Positions 9,715-18,494 of a stretch of 20,162 nt of DNA are shown piece after piece (position 1 is the stretch's first letter; every line of letters starts with the position of its first letter). Below the pieces are notes generated by a model that was not told the origin of the DNA, did not search any database, and was given only the letters and a program-made list of their open reading frames with translations. This DNA is from Malacoraja senta (Eukaryota), in contig JAXLNO010000214.1 of NCBI GenBank assembly GCA_038087875.1, forward strand, positions 62,001-82,162. Reading direction: 5' to 3'. Both the position numbers and the translations under genes were made by a program.

Positions 9715-9890
9715 ACCCCCTGCCAGGGTGATTCACCCCCCGACCCCCACATCGGGGTGATTCACCCCCCCCCGACCCACACACCGTGATGATTCACCCC
9801 CCCAACCCACGTACCGGGGTGATTCTCCCCCCAGACCCCTACTATGGAGTGATTCATCCCCCCCAGACCCCCACAATGCGGTGATTCATC
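9715..9890. repeat. Minisatellite, ~30-bp unit with palindromic core ggggtgattcacccc, 6 copies
   Basis: (g/a)tgattc at 9728, 9757, 9789, 9819, 9849 and 9881. Confidence 0.9.
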
Positions 9891-9942
9891 CGGGTGCCGG
9901 GCTGCCTGTAGCCCCGCCACCGCGTTTCAGCCGCAAATCACT

Positions 9943-10808
9943 AAACGATATTGCCAAATGCAGGAACTATCTTTGAAGCAATGGGGAGGTGTCCGACTGC
10001 CCTACGGCTACAGATATGCATGGAGGCGAGAATAATTTATTATCATTTCTGGAGATGGTTGGCATTTTCTTGGATCAGTCACTGCCTGTGGCTGAAGAGA
10101 AAAATGCTGCCTGGGCTGCCACATGACCATCTAGAGGCTAACCATAAGACACACACCCGGGTCTGATCACGCTGCGATGGGCCTGCCTCGACTAAGGGTG
10201 TCTTTGATAAAACACCCAGTGACGTTCAGGTACACAACTGAAGTTGTGTCTGATTGGTAGCAAAACCACCTAGTGGTCACCCCCAAGAATACCAAATGTC
10301 AATTGTAGTGAAAAATCTTAGGGATTGTAACATCCAGTCCTACTAATCAATTTCATTATTGATAGCACAACATGAATTCGGAAGAATTCCGAAGAACACA
10401 GTGAGGTCAGGAAAAACTTGCTTTATTTGTTACGTCAGGCACAAATGCGTTAAGATTTTCTTTAGTACAGCTAATCCATTATTTTGCGTTATTCCCTGCA
10501 GTACAAATCGTCAGTCTCTTCATAGAGGCAAGAGTGGGCATGTTGCTATAGAAACTCCTCAGAGGAAAGACCCTTGTAGGAAAGGAAACATTTCCTAATC
10601 CATGAAACAAATAAAACACAACAGCGGCCAAACGGTTTTGCCGAGTGCAGGAACTATCCTTGAAGTAGTGGGGAGATGTCCGACTGCCGTACGGCTACAG
10701 ATATGCTTGGAGGCGAGAATAATTTCTTATAATTTCTGGAGATGGTTGGCATTTTCTTTCACTATTGATAGTGCAACCTTAATTCTGAAGAATTCCAAAG
10801 AGCACAGT
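9943..10808. repeat. Interrupted local direct duplication (block A 9951-10071 / 10638-10758; block B ~10351-10402 / ~10757-10808)
   Basis: Block A copies align without gaps, about 10 mismatches in 121 bp by eye. Block B: tttcattattgatagc...gaagaattccgaagaacacagt versus tttcactattgatagt...gaagaattccaaagagcacagt. Confidence 0.9.
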
Positions 10809-11590
10809 TGTCAAAGTTCGTCTCTTAAAGAAAGCAGACAGCAACACAATTGTTAAAGGTAAACCAAAGCAATCTTTTAATCAATTTGCCAGACGGGATT
10901 GCCGAGATCTACAAAGAGCACACACGTTGGTCAGTGCTTCTCGGGCTCCACTCAAAGAACAAAGGAAAGTTTGTGTAATTATACATTTGCTTACCGATAA
11001 AACACACCTAAATCTGAGTGAAAGATCCGTAGCCTAAGGGAAACAAGGGAGGCTGGACCCATATATTTGTAATGTCAGCCTTATTCTCAAATCTTGGCAC
11101 AGCTTCAGTACAGATGCCCATTCCGGAAGGACAACTAACTCCATTTTGTTTTCAAATGACTTCCATCTTGGTTCCAGAATGGGCATCCGTCTGTGAACTA
11201 AAACAAGCTTGTAAGACTTGGATGAAAGCCACTACCTTGTCCTTAGCTGGGACAGGCAGTTCAAACAGATATGTAATATGGTGTTATGCCGAGACAATAC
11301 ATCTCTATGTTAATACATTGTTAACACATTGTTTTAATCATTAGTATAAACCAAGCTTCTATGATTTTCCCAGAATGTATTCTGCTGGGGAAATTATCTT
11401 TTAAATTTGACTGCATTCTCTTTTTCAGCAAATCTCCATTTTTAATTTACGGACCCAATTAAATTATTTCCCGTCAGGATAAACTTGCTTTATTTATTAC
11501 GTAAGTGAGGTCAGGATAAACTTGCATTATTTTTTACATAAGGCACAAATGCGTCAAACCTTTCTTAAAAAAAACACTTTAAAATGCCTA

Positions 11591-12026
11591 AGAAGGAACT
11601 GCAGATGCTGGAAAATCGAAGTTTGACAAAAATGCTGGAGAAACTCAGCGGGTGAGGCAGCATCTATGGAGCGAAGGAAATAGGCAACGTTTCGGGTCGA
11701 GACTCTTCTTCAGAATGATGTAAGGGTGGGGGGGGGAGGCATGAAGAAGAAAGGAAGAGGTGGAGCCAGTGGGCTGAGGGAGAACTGAGACGGGGAGGAG
11801 AAAGTAGGGACTACCTGAAATTAGAGAAGCCAATGTTCATACCGCTGGGGTGTAAACTACCCAAGCAAAATATGACGTGCTGTTCCTCCTATTTTCGGTG
11901 GTCCTCACTCTGGCCATGGAGGAGGCCCAGGGCAGAAAGGTCGGATTCGGAATGGCAGGGGGAGTTGAAGCGCTGAGCCATCGGGAGATCAGGTTGGTTA
12001 TTGCAAACCGAGCGGAGGTGTTCGGC
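11591..12026 (-). mobile_element. Penelope-like retroelement 3' fragment: GIY-YIG C-terminal part plus terminal repeat with hammerhead core
   Basis: The reverse strand reads AEHLRSVCNNQPDLPMAQRFNSPCHSESDLSALGLLHGQSEDHRK*EEQHVIFCLGSLHPSGMNIGFSNFR, then a pyrimidine-rich UTR, ctgaaga..gaaacgtt, gatgctgcctcacccgctgag and ccagcatctgcagttcctt. Confidence 0.85.
11686..11713 (-). ncRNA. Minimal type I hammerhead ribozyme core (Penelope-associated), probably partly decayed
   Basis: CUGAAGA-A-GAGUC-UC-GACCC-GAAA-C-GUU: both conserved boxes, stem II with one A/C mismatch, self-complementary AACGUU in place of stem III. Helix I pairing is poor. Confidence 0.65.
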
Positions 12027-12560
12027 GTGTGTGCGTGAGAGTGTGTGTGTGAGAGAGTTTGTGTGGGTGAGAGAGTGCGTGTGTGAGAGAGAGCAAGAGA
12101 GAGAGAGTGTGTGTGTGTGTGAGAGAGAGTGAGTGTGTGTGTGTGAGAGAGAGAGGGACTGTATGTGTGTGTGAGAGAGAGAGAGAGGGGAGAGTGTTGT
12201 GCGTGAAAGAGACGGATTGTGTGTGTGAGTGAGAGTGAGGGACAGAGAGAGGGGTGTGTGCGCGTGAGAGAGAGTACAAGAGAGAGAGGGAGCATGTGTG
12301 TCAGAGAGGGTTGTGTGTGTGAGAGAGAGAGAGAGAGGGTGTGTGTGTGAGAGTGAGAGGGACAGAGAGAGGGGTGGGGAGATACAGGGAGCGAGAGTGT
12401 GTGAGAGAGACAGGGAGCGAGAGAGGGAGTGTGTGAGGGAGACAGGGAGCGATAGAGGGAGTGTGTGAGAGAGACAGGGAGCGAGAGAGGGAGTGTGTGA
12501 GAGAGGAGGGGGCACGAGAGGGTGGAGTGGAGAAAATGTGTGTACGAGTGGGCGGGGAGA
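12027..12560. repeat. Compound (GT)n/(GA)n microsatellite with an embedded 32-bp higher-order repeat
   Basis: Alternating gt/ga blocks; cagggagcga at 12385, 12411, 12443 and 12475. Confidence 0.93.
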
Positions 12561-12677
12561 GGGGAGAGGGAGGAATGTATATGTGCAGAGATAGATGGAA
12601 TGGGTGACTGAAGAAACGACCCGAAACGTTACCCATTCCTTCCACCATTTTGTGTCTACCTAAACAGCGCCAATCCA

Positions 12678-13769
12678 AGTGGTGGTGTGCCAGCAGGCTG
12701 GAGGAGCGCGCAAAGGCCTTGTCACAGAGTGGGCAGGTGAAGGGGCGCTGGCCGGTGTCGAATCGCCGCTGTTCCAGTAGGTGGTCAGGTCCGGTGAAGC
12801 CTTACCACAGGACGGGCAGGGGAAGGGATGCTCACTGCTGTGGGTACGCCGGTGCTGCCACAGCCTGGACATGCGGGTGAAATCCTTGCCACACTCAGCG
12901 CACTCAAAGGGTCTCTCTCTGGTGTGTAACCGCTGCTGCTCCCGCAGCCCCCATGCTCTCTTGTCACAGTGGGAGCAGCTGCTCGCCGGCGTGGGTCCGC
13001 CGGTGCTGCCGCAACCCCCGCGGGCTGTCAAACGCCTCACCGTAGTACGGGCAGTCGTGGGGCTGGCCACTGGTGTGCACGTGCTGGTGAGACAGGGCAT
13101 GGAAGGCCATGGCAATGCGTTCCCCACACACCGGGCTGGGGACGGGACGGTCGCCGGTGTGGATGCGCTGGTGGGACAGCAGCCTGGAGGAGCGAATGAA
13201 GCCCTTGCCGCTCTGGGCGCAGGTGCAGGGGCGCTCGCCGGTGTGGGTACGCTGGTGATCCAGCAGGCTGCTGGACTGGTTGAAGCCATTTCCGCACTGG
13301 GCGCAGGTGTAGCGCCGCTCCCCGGTGTGCACGCGCCTGTGCTTCTTCAGCTCAGGCGACGACTTGAAGCTTTTGCCGCAGTCGGAGCATGTGAAGGGCC
13401 GCTCACTGCTGTGCACCCGCCGGTGCACCCACAGCCCCGACAACTGGGTAAAGCTCTTGCCACAGGTGGATCAGCCATAGGGCTTCTCGCCTGTGTGCAC
13501 CTGCCGCTGGATCTTCAGGATGTTCGCCGTCTTGCAGCTCTTGCCGCAGTCGGAGCAGGTGAAGGGACTCTCGCTGGAGTGCAAGCTATTGCGCCGCTGC
13601 AGGTTGCCATAGCTGGTGAAGCTCTCGTCGCACTCCGCGCAGTCGAACGGCATTCTCCAGTGTGAACCCCCCGGAGGATCTCCAGCTGGCTCGGGCTCTG
13701 ACAGGCCTTGCCACACATGTCACACTCATAACGTTTCTCCTTGTTGTGCCCCGTCATGTGGTCCTCCAT
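12678..13769 (-). pseudogene. Tandem C2H2 (Kruppel-type) zinc-finger array, about 13 fingers, disrupted
   Basis: Repeated CxxC...HxxxH with TGEKPY/TGERP/SSERPF linkers across three frames. TGA replaces a Cys at 13471-13473; frameshifts near 13653, ~12980 and ~12800; many Cys/His ligands substituted. Confidence 0.92.
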
Positions 13770-13998
13770 CTAAGCTCAGCCCCTCGAAGCTCAGCCCGCA
13801 CACCGAGCAGATGGGGGGGGGGCTCACCGGCACCCTGGCCGCCCTCAATGGCCGCTCACGTCCCCGTCTCTCCGTCCACAGCAATGGCTCCTAACTCATG
13901 CAGGAGGGGAACACAGAGGGTCAACAAGCTGGCAAAACAGGACATTACTAGCACATATTGGGTGCGTTTATGGCGGAGGAAACCGTATATAATTCTGC

Positions 13999-14309
13999 GC
14001 GGCACAATGGGGCAGCGGTACAGTTGCTGCCTCACCGCCAGAGACCTGGGTTCGATCCTCATTTCAGGTGCTGTCTGTGTGGAGTTGTACGTTCTCCCCA
14101 TGACCTGCGTGGGTTTTTACTCCGGGTGCTCCAGTTTCCACCAGCATTTCAAAGACGTTCAGCGTACTAGATTAATGGGGCTCCGCTAACTTGTTTAATT
14201 GGTCCCTAATGTGTGTAGGATAGTGCTAGTGTATGGGTGATCGCTGGGCGGCGCGGACTCCGCGGGTCGAAAGACCTGTTTCCGCGCGATTTTGCATGTC
14301 TAAACTAAA
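13999..14309 (+). mobile_element. tRNA-derived V-SINE (HE1-like)
   Basis: A-box-like tggggcagcgg (14008-14018); B box ggttcgatcc (14049-14058); V-domain-like core gtctgtgtggagttgtacgttctccccatgacctgcgtgggtttttactccgggtgctccagtttcc; CR1-like tail cgaaagacctgtttccgcgc and ctaaactaaa end. Confidence 0.9.
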
Positions 14310-14338
14310 TTATTATTTTTTTTTTTAATTAATATTTT

Positions 14339-14344
14339 TTTATT
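14339..14344 (-). terminator. L1 polyadenylation signal AATAAA
   Basis: tttatt on +, 12 nt from the T11 run that represents the poly(A) tail. Confidence 0.8.
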
Positions 14345-14678
14345 GGAGATGCGTACACAACCTAGTTACATCATTACAGTCTTACAGTCTTACATTTTAA
14401 ATTGATAATATTGTTAAATATTATTACAATGTCTCCAATACTTTTTGCTTTTTTTTTTTAAACTAAATAGAACTAAAGAGAAAGAGAAGTAAAGAAAGAA
14501 AAGAAAGAGAAGAGAAAAAAAAAAAATAATAATAAAACAAAAAAAAACCAAAAAAACAAAAAAATTGAGAAAAGATAGTTAAAGGAGAATGGAAAAATTT
14601 ATTAAAATAGAAAACTTCATTCGAGATATATTCGTACATTTTTAGATATAGCATTTCATCCATTCTTTAGCCCGGGTG

Positions 14679-17600
14679 TTAGTCAGGTTCCTGTGCTGAA
14701 CTGTTCTGACCCTTTAGGTAATCAATAAAAGGAGACCATGTTCCAATGAATAATTCCTGTTTGTCCAACAGGGAGAGTCTGATTCTTTCCACGTTTAAGG
14801 TCTCCGTCATTTCTATAATCCACATTTTGATTGTGGGGGACGTAGGGCCTTTCCAAAATTTTAGAATTAATTTTTTTCCTGTTATTAAACTATAATCAAT
14901 AAAGTTTCTTTGTGTTGTTCTAAATGTTTGATTTAATTCTAATATTCCAAGTATTATTAATTTTGGGTCTGGGTCCAATTGTGTGCTGGTTACTTTAGAT
15001 ATTATACTGAAAATATTTACCCAGAATTGTTTAATTTTTATACAGTTTGCAAACATATGAGATAAGGTAGCTTCTAAATGTTGACATTTATCACATATAG
15101 GTGAGATATGTTGAAAAATTTTATGTAGTTTTGTTTTAGAATAATGTAACCTATGTATTACTTTAAATTGTATTAGAGAATGTCTGGCGTTTAATGAACA
15201 TTGATGTATGTGTTGCAAACTTTCTTCCCAAGTATCTTTCGTTATTATTTGATTTAATTCTTTTTCCCATGTTTGTCTGTGTAAGTCCGTCGATGGAATG
15301 TCACTGTCTAATAAGATATTATATATATATGATATTAATTTTTCTGTATTAGGATGTTTGTTCCAACATTCATCAAGAATTTCTGAATTTCTAATTCTAA
15401 AATTTTGAGTATTTGATTTTACGTAATCTCTAAGTTGAAGATATCTGAAGTAATCATTTCCTCGAAGTCCGTAAGTCTGTTGCAACTCCTGAAATGTCAG
15501 AAAAGTGCCTTCCTTGTAAAGTTGTCCCATATTTTTAATTCCATAATTCTTCCATTGTGTAAAACCCCCGTCCAACCATGAAGGCTTAAACAAAGGGTTA
15601 TTCACAATTGGAAGAAAAAGTGATAAATTATCTAATTTTAATGTCTTTTTTAATTGTTTCCAAATTCGTATAGCACTAAATATTATAGGGTTTTCCCTAT
15701 AAATTTTTTTGTTTAATTTAGACGTAGCAAATAAAATCGAACCGATATCAAAAGGTAAACAATCTTCCTTTTCCATTTTTAACCAGTCTGGTTGATGATC
15801 TATTTCTTCCAACCAGAAATTCATATTTTTAATATTAACTGCCCAGAAATAAAACAAAAAGTTGGGTAAAACCAAGCCTCCATTTATTTTTGATTTACAC
15901 AAATGTCTTTTGTTTATCCTATGATTCTTATAATCCCAGATAAAATCATTAACAATAGAGTCCAGTTTTTTAAAAAAGGTTTTTGCCAGATATATCGGTA
16001 ATGTCTGAAACAGGTATAATATTTGCGGTAAAAAAATCATTTTTATGGCATTAATTTTGCCTACCATTGAGATAGGAAGTGTTTTCCAGTATTGAATATT
16101 CTTATGTAGTTTATTTAGTAATGGTGGAAAATTTGCTTTAAATAATGATGTATATTTCTTAGTTATATAAATACCTAGATATTTAAATTTTTCCTTTACT
16201 ATTTTAAATGGATATTGTTGTATTATCTGTTTGTTATGTTCCCTTATTGGCATAATTTCACTTTTATTCCAATTTATTCTGTATCCTGAAAGTGAACCAA
16301 ATTGGGTTATTAGCTTTAATAAGTTTGGAATACTAATTTCTGGTTTTGTAATATAAATTAATACATCATCTGCATATAGAGAAATCTTATTCACTGTGTC
16401 CTTTGTGTTATATCCGTGTATTTCCGGATGCCCCCTGACTCTTTCTGCAAGTGGCTCAATAGCGAGCGCAAATAATAATGGAGATAACGGGCATCCTTGT
16501 CTACAACCTCTAGATAGACTAAATTTAGATGACAACCTTTGGTTTGTAAATATTCTAGCCGTGGGATTTGTATATAACAGTTTTATCCATGTACAGAATT
16601 TCTCCCCTAACTGCATATTTTCCATCACCGAAAATAAATAAGACCATTCGACCTGATCAAATGCTTTTTCAGCGTCAAGTGAGATTATTGCTAGATCTTC
16701 ATTAATATTTCTCTTGGAATATATAATATTAAATAATCTTCTTAGGTTATAATATGAGTACCGTTTCTGAATAAAGCCTGTTTGATCAGGGTGTATTAAT
16801 TTATTCATCATTGTACTTAATCTATTCGCTAGTATTTTAGTTAATATTTTCTGATCTGTATTTAAAAGTGCGATTGCTCTATATGATCCCGGGTCTTCCA
16901 GATCTTTATCAGCTTTAGGAATAAGTGTTATTATAGATTCATTTAAGGTGTCTGGAAGTTTCTGTTGAGTATAGATATACTCGTACAACCTTTGTAAACG
17001 TGGACAAAGCAAGTCATGAAATTTTTTATAAAATTCGGAGCCTAAACCATCTGGTCCTACTGCTTTCCCATTTTTTAAAGAGCCGATTGACTCCTCAATA
17101 TCTTTTATGGTAATCTCCCTTTCTAATAATTCTCTATCGTTTGAATCTAAACCTTTTAAATTACATTTTAGTAAAAAATCTGCTATTCCTTCTGATTGTC
17201 CTACGGTTTTAGTTGAATAAAGGTTATGATAGTATTGGAGAAATCTATCATTTATGTCCTTGGGCATTTTTAATAATTCTCCTGTCTCTGTTCTAATTTT
17301 ATGAATTATTTTTTCCCCTTCCATTTTTCGTAACTGACGTGCTAATAGTTTTTGTGGTTTGTCTCCAAATTCAAAATGTAATTGTTTGGTTTTTTGATAA
17401 AGTTTTATTACTTGTTCTGAATACATTTTATTTAATTTATATTTCAATACAGCAATTTTATTATGTTTTAAAATAGATGGCGTTCTCGCATTTTCTATAT
17501 CTAGTTGCTTGATTTCCCTTTCCAATGTTTGTTGTTTAATCCTGTTCTCTTTATTATAAAATGCTTGAGCGGAAATCAATGTACCACGAACAAACGCTTT

Positions 17601-18494
17601 AAACGTTTCCCACATAAGAGAAGTAGGTGTGTCAGGGTTGTCATTTACCTCAAAAAATATTTGAATCTGTTTAATAATATATTCCTGGCATGATCTTTCG
17701 TTCAAAATTTGTGGGTTAAATCTCCAATATGTTTGTTTCTCGGACATTCCATTTAATTTAATCATGAATGTTACAGGTGCGTGATCTGAGATTATAATGT
17801 TATGGTATTTTGAATTATAAATAAATGGGATAAACCTAGAGTCAACCAAAAAATAATCTATTCTTGAGTATGTTTTATGTACTGGTGAGTAAAATGAGTA
17901 TTCCCGTCCAGTTGGGTTTTCTATTCTCCAGACATCTTTAATATTAGTGGTATTAATAAATGAATTTAAAAATACACTTGATTGAGATTTTACTTTTTTT
18001 TGCCTTGAAGATCTATCTAAGTATGAATCTAATGTACAGTTAAAGTCTCCTCCAATTATTAATTTATATTGTGTAAATTCAGGAATTTTGTTAAATGTTT
18101 TATTAAAAAACATGGGGTTATCAAAGTTAGGCCCATATACATTAAGAAGAATCACTTTTTCTCCATTTAACTCTCCTACTAATATAATATATCTACCATC
18201 TATATCCACTATTGTTGAAGAGTTCGTAAAATGTATTCCTTTACGAATTAGTATTGCAACTCCTCTGGATTTATGGGAAAAAGAGGAATGATATGATTCA
18301 GCGATCCACTTTGCTTTAAGTCTATGTTGGGATTCCTTTTTAAGGTGCGTTTCTTGGAGGAATATTATATCTGTTTTGATTAGGTTTAGATGTGCCAAAA
18401 CTTTACCTCTCTTAATTGGTTCATTGATTCCCTTGACATTCCAGCTACAAAATGTTATTCCCTGGCCCCCTCTTGTCATATTAACATCTTGCAT
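14679..18494 (-). CDS. L1 ORF2p: APE endonuclease, reverse transcriptase and C-terminal CCHC domain, 1271 aa
   Basis: SWNVKG, LQETH, GVAIL, NVYGPN, GGDFN, SRIDYF, SDH; GPDG, QTGF, SLDAEKAFD, RQGCPLSPLLF, YADD, YLGI; CDKCQHLEATLSHMFANC. No stops or frameshifts. Confidence 0.97.
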   Translation of the reverse strand: MQDVNMTRGGQGITFCSWNVKGINEPIKRGKVLAHLNLIKTDIIFLQETHLKKESQHRLKAKWIAESYHSSFSHKSRGVAILIRKGIHFTNSSTIVDIDGRYIILVGELNGEKVILLNVYGPNFDNPMFFNKTFNKIPEFTQYKLIIGGDFNCTLDSYLDRSSRQKKVKSQSSVFLNSFINTTNIKDVWRIENPTGREYSFYSPVHKTYSRIDYFLVDSRFIPFIYNSKYHNIIISDHAPVTFMIKLNGMSEKQTYWRFNPQILNERSCQEYIIKQIQIFFEVNDNPDTPTSLMWETFKAFVRGTLISAQAFYNKENRIKQQTLEREIKQLDIENARTPSILKHNKIAVLKYKLNKMYSEQVIKLYQKTKQLHFEFGDKPQKLLARQLRKMEGEKIIHKIRTETGELLKMPKDINDRFLQYYHNLYSTKTVGQSEGIADFLLKCNLKGLDSNDRELLEREITIKDIEESIGSLKNGKAVGPDGLGSEFYKKFHDLLCPRLQRLYEYIYTQQKLPDTLNESIITLIPKADKDLEDPGSYRAIALLNTDQKILTKILANRLSTMMNKLIHPDQTGFIQKRYSYYNLRRLFNIIYSKRNINEDLAIISLDAEKAFDQVEWSYLFSVMENMQLGEKFCTWIKLLYTNPTARIFTNQRLSSKFSLSRGCRQGCPLSPLLFALAIEPLAERVRGHPEIHGYNTKDTVNKISLYADDVLIYITKPEISIPNLLKLITQFGSLSGYRINWNKSEIMPIREHNKQIIQQYPFKIVKEKFKYLGIYITKKYTSLFKANFPPLLNKLHKNIQYWKTLPISMVGKINAIKMIFLPQILYLFQTLPIYLAKTFFKKLDSIVNDFIWDYKNHRINKRHLCKSKINGGLVLPNFLFYFWAVNIKNMNFWLEEIDHQPDWLKMEKEDCLPFDIGSILFATSKLNKKIYRENPIIFSAIRIWKQLKKTLKLDNLSLFLPIVNNPLFKPSWLDGGFTQWKNYGIKNMGQLYKEGTFLTFQELQQTYGLRGNDYFRYLQLRDYVKSNTQNFRIRNSEILDECWNKHPNTEKLISYIYNILLDSDIPSTDLHRQTWEKELNQIITKDTWEESLQHIHQCSLNARHSLIQFKVIHRLHYSKTKLHKIFQHISPICDKCQHLEATLSHMFANCIKIKQFWVNIFSIISKVTSTQLDPDPKLIILGILELNQTFRTTQRNFIDYSLITGKKLILKFWKGPTSPTIKMWIIEMTETLNVERIRLSLLDKQELFIGTWSPFIDYLKGQNSSAQEPD

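Noticed and set aside
9715..9890. CRISPR-like look of spaced palindromic repeats
   Set aside because: The spacers resemble each other and are only ~15 bp, the context is vertebrate and there are no cas genes; it is a minisatellite.
9951..10856. Two paralogous short ORFs (…GRCPTA.RLQIC.EARII…FWRWLAFS)
   Set aside because: The similarity follows from the DNA duplication; most of the differences change amino acids, so there is no sign of coding constraint.
10810..11477. Solo LTR (TG...CA) as the identity of insert z
   Set aside because: No matching terminal inverted bases, TSD, PBS or PPT could be identified.
11837..12678. His/Thr/Ser/Leu-rich ORFs fused to the Penelope or zinc-finger frames
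   Set aside because: Read-through of the GT/GA microsatellite; no evidence for a real fusion protein.
13471..13473. In-frame TGA at a Cys position suggesting selenocysteine or readthrough
   Set aside because: It is a single TGC-to-TGA change in a sequence with three frameshifts and many lost ligands; no SECIS was identified.
12781..13665. 294-aa ORF on +
   Set aside because: Antisense shadow of the GC-rich zinc-finger array.
13999..14065. tRNA gene
   Set aside because: A and B boxes are present, but there is no complete cloverleaf and it continues into the V-SINE core and LINE-derived tail.
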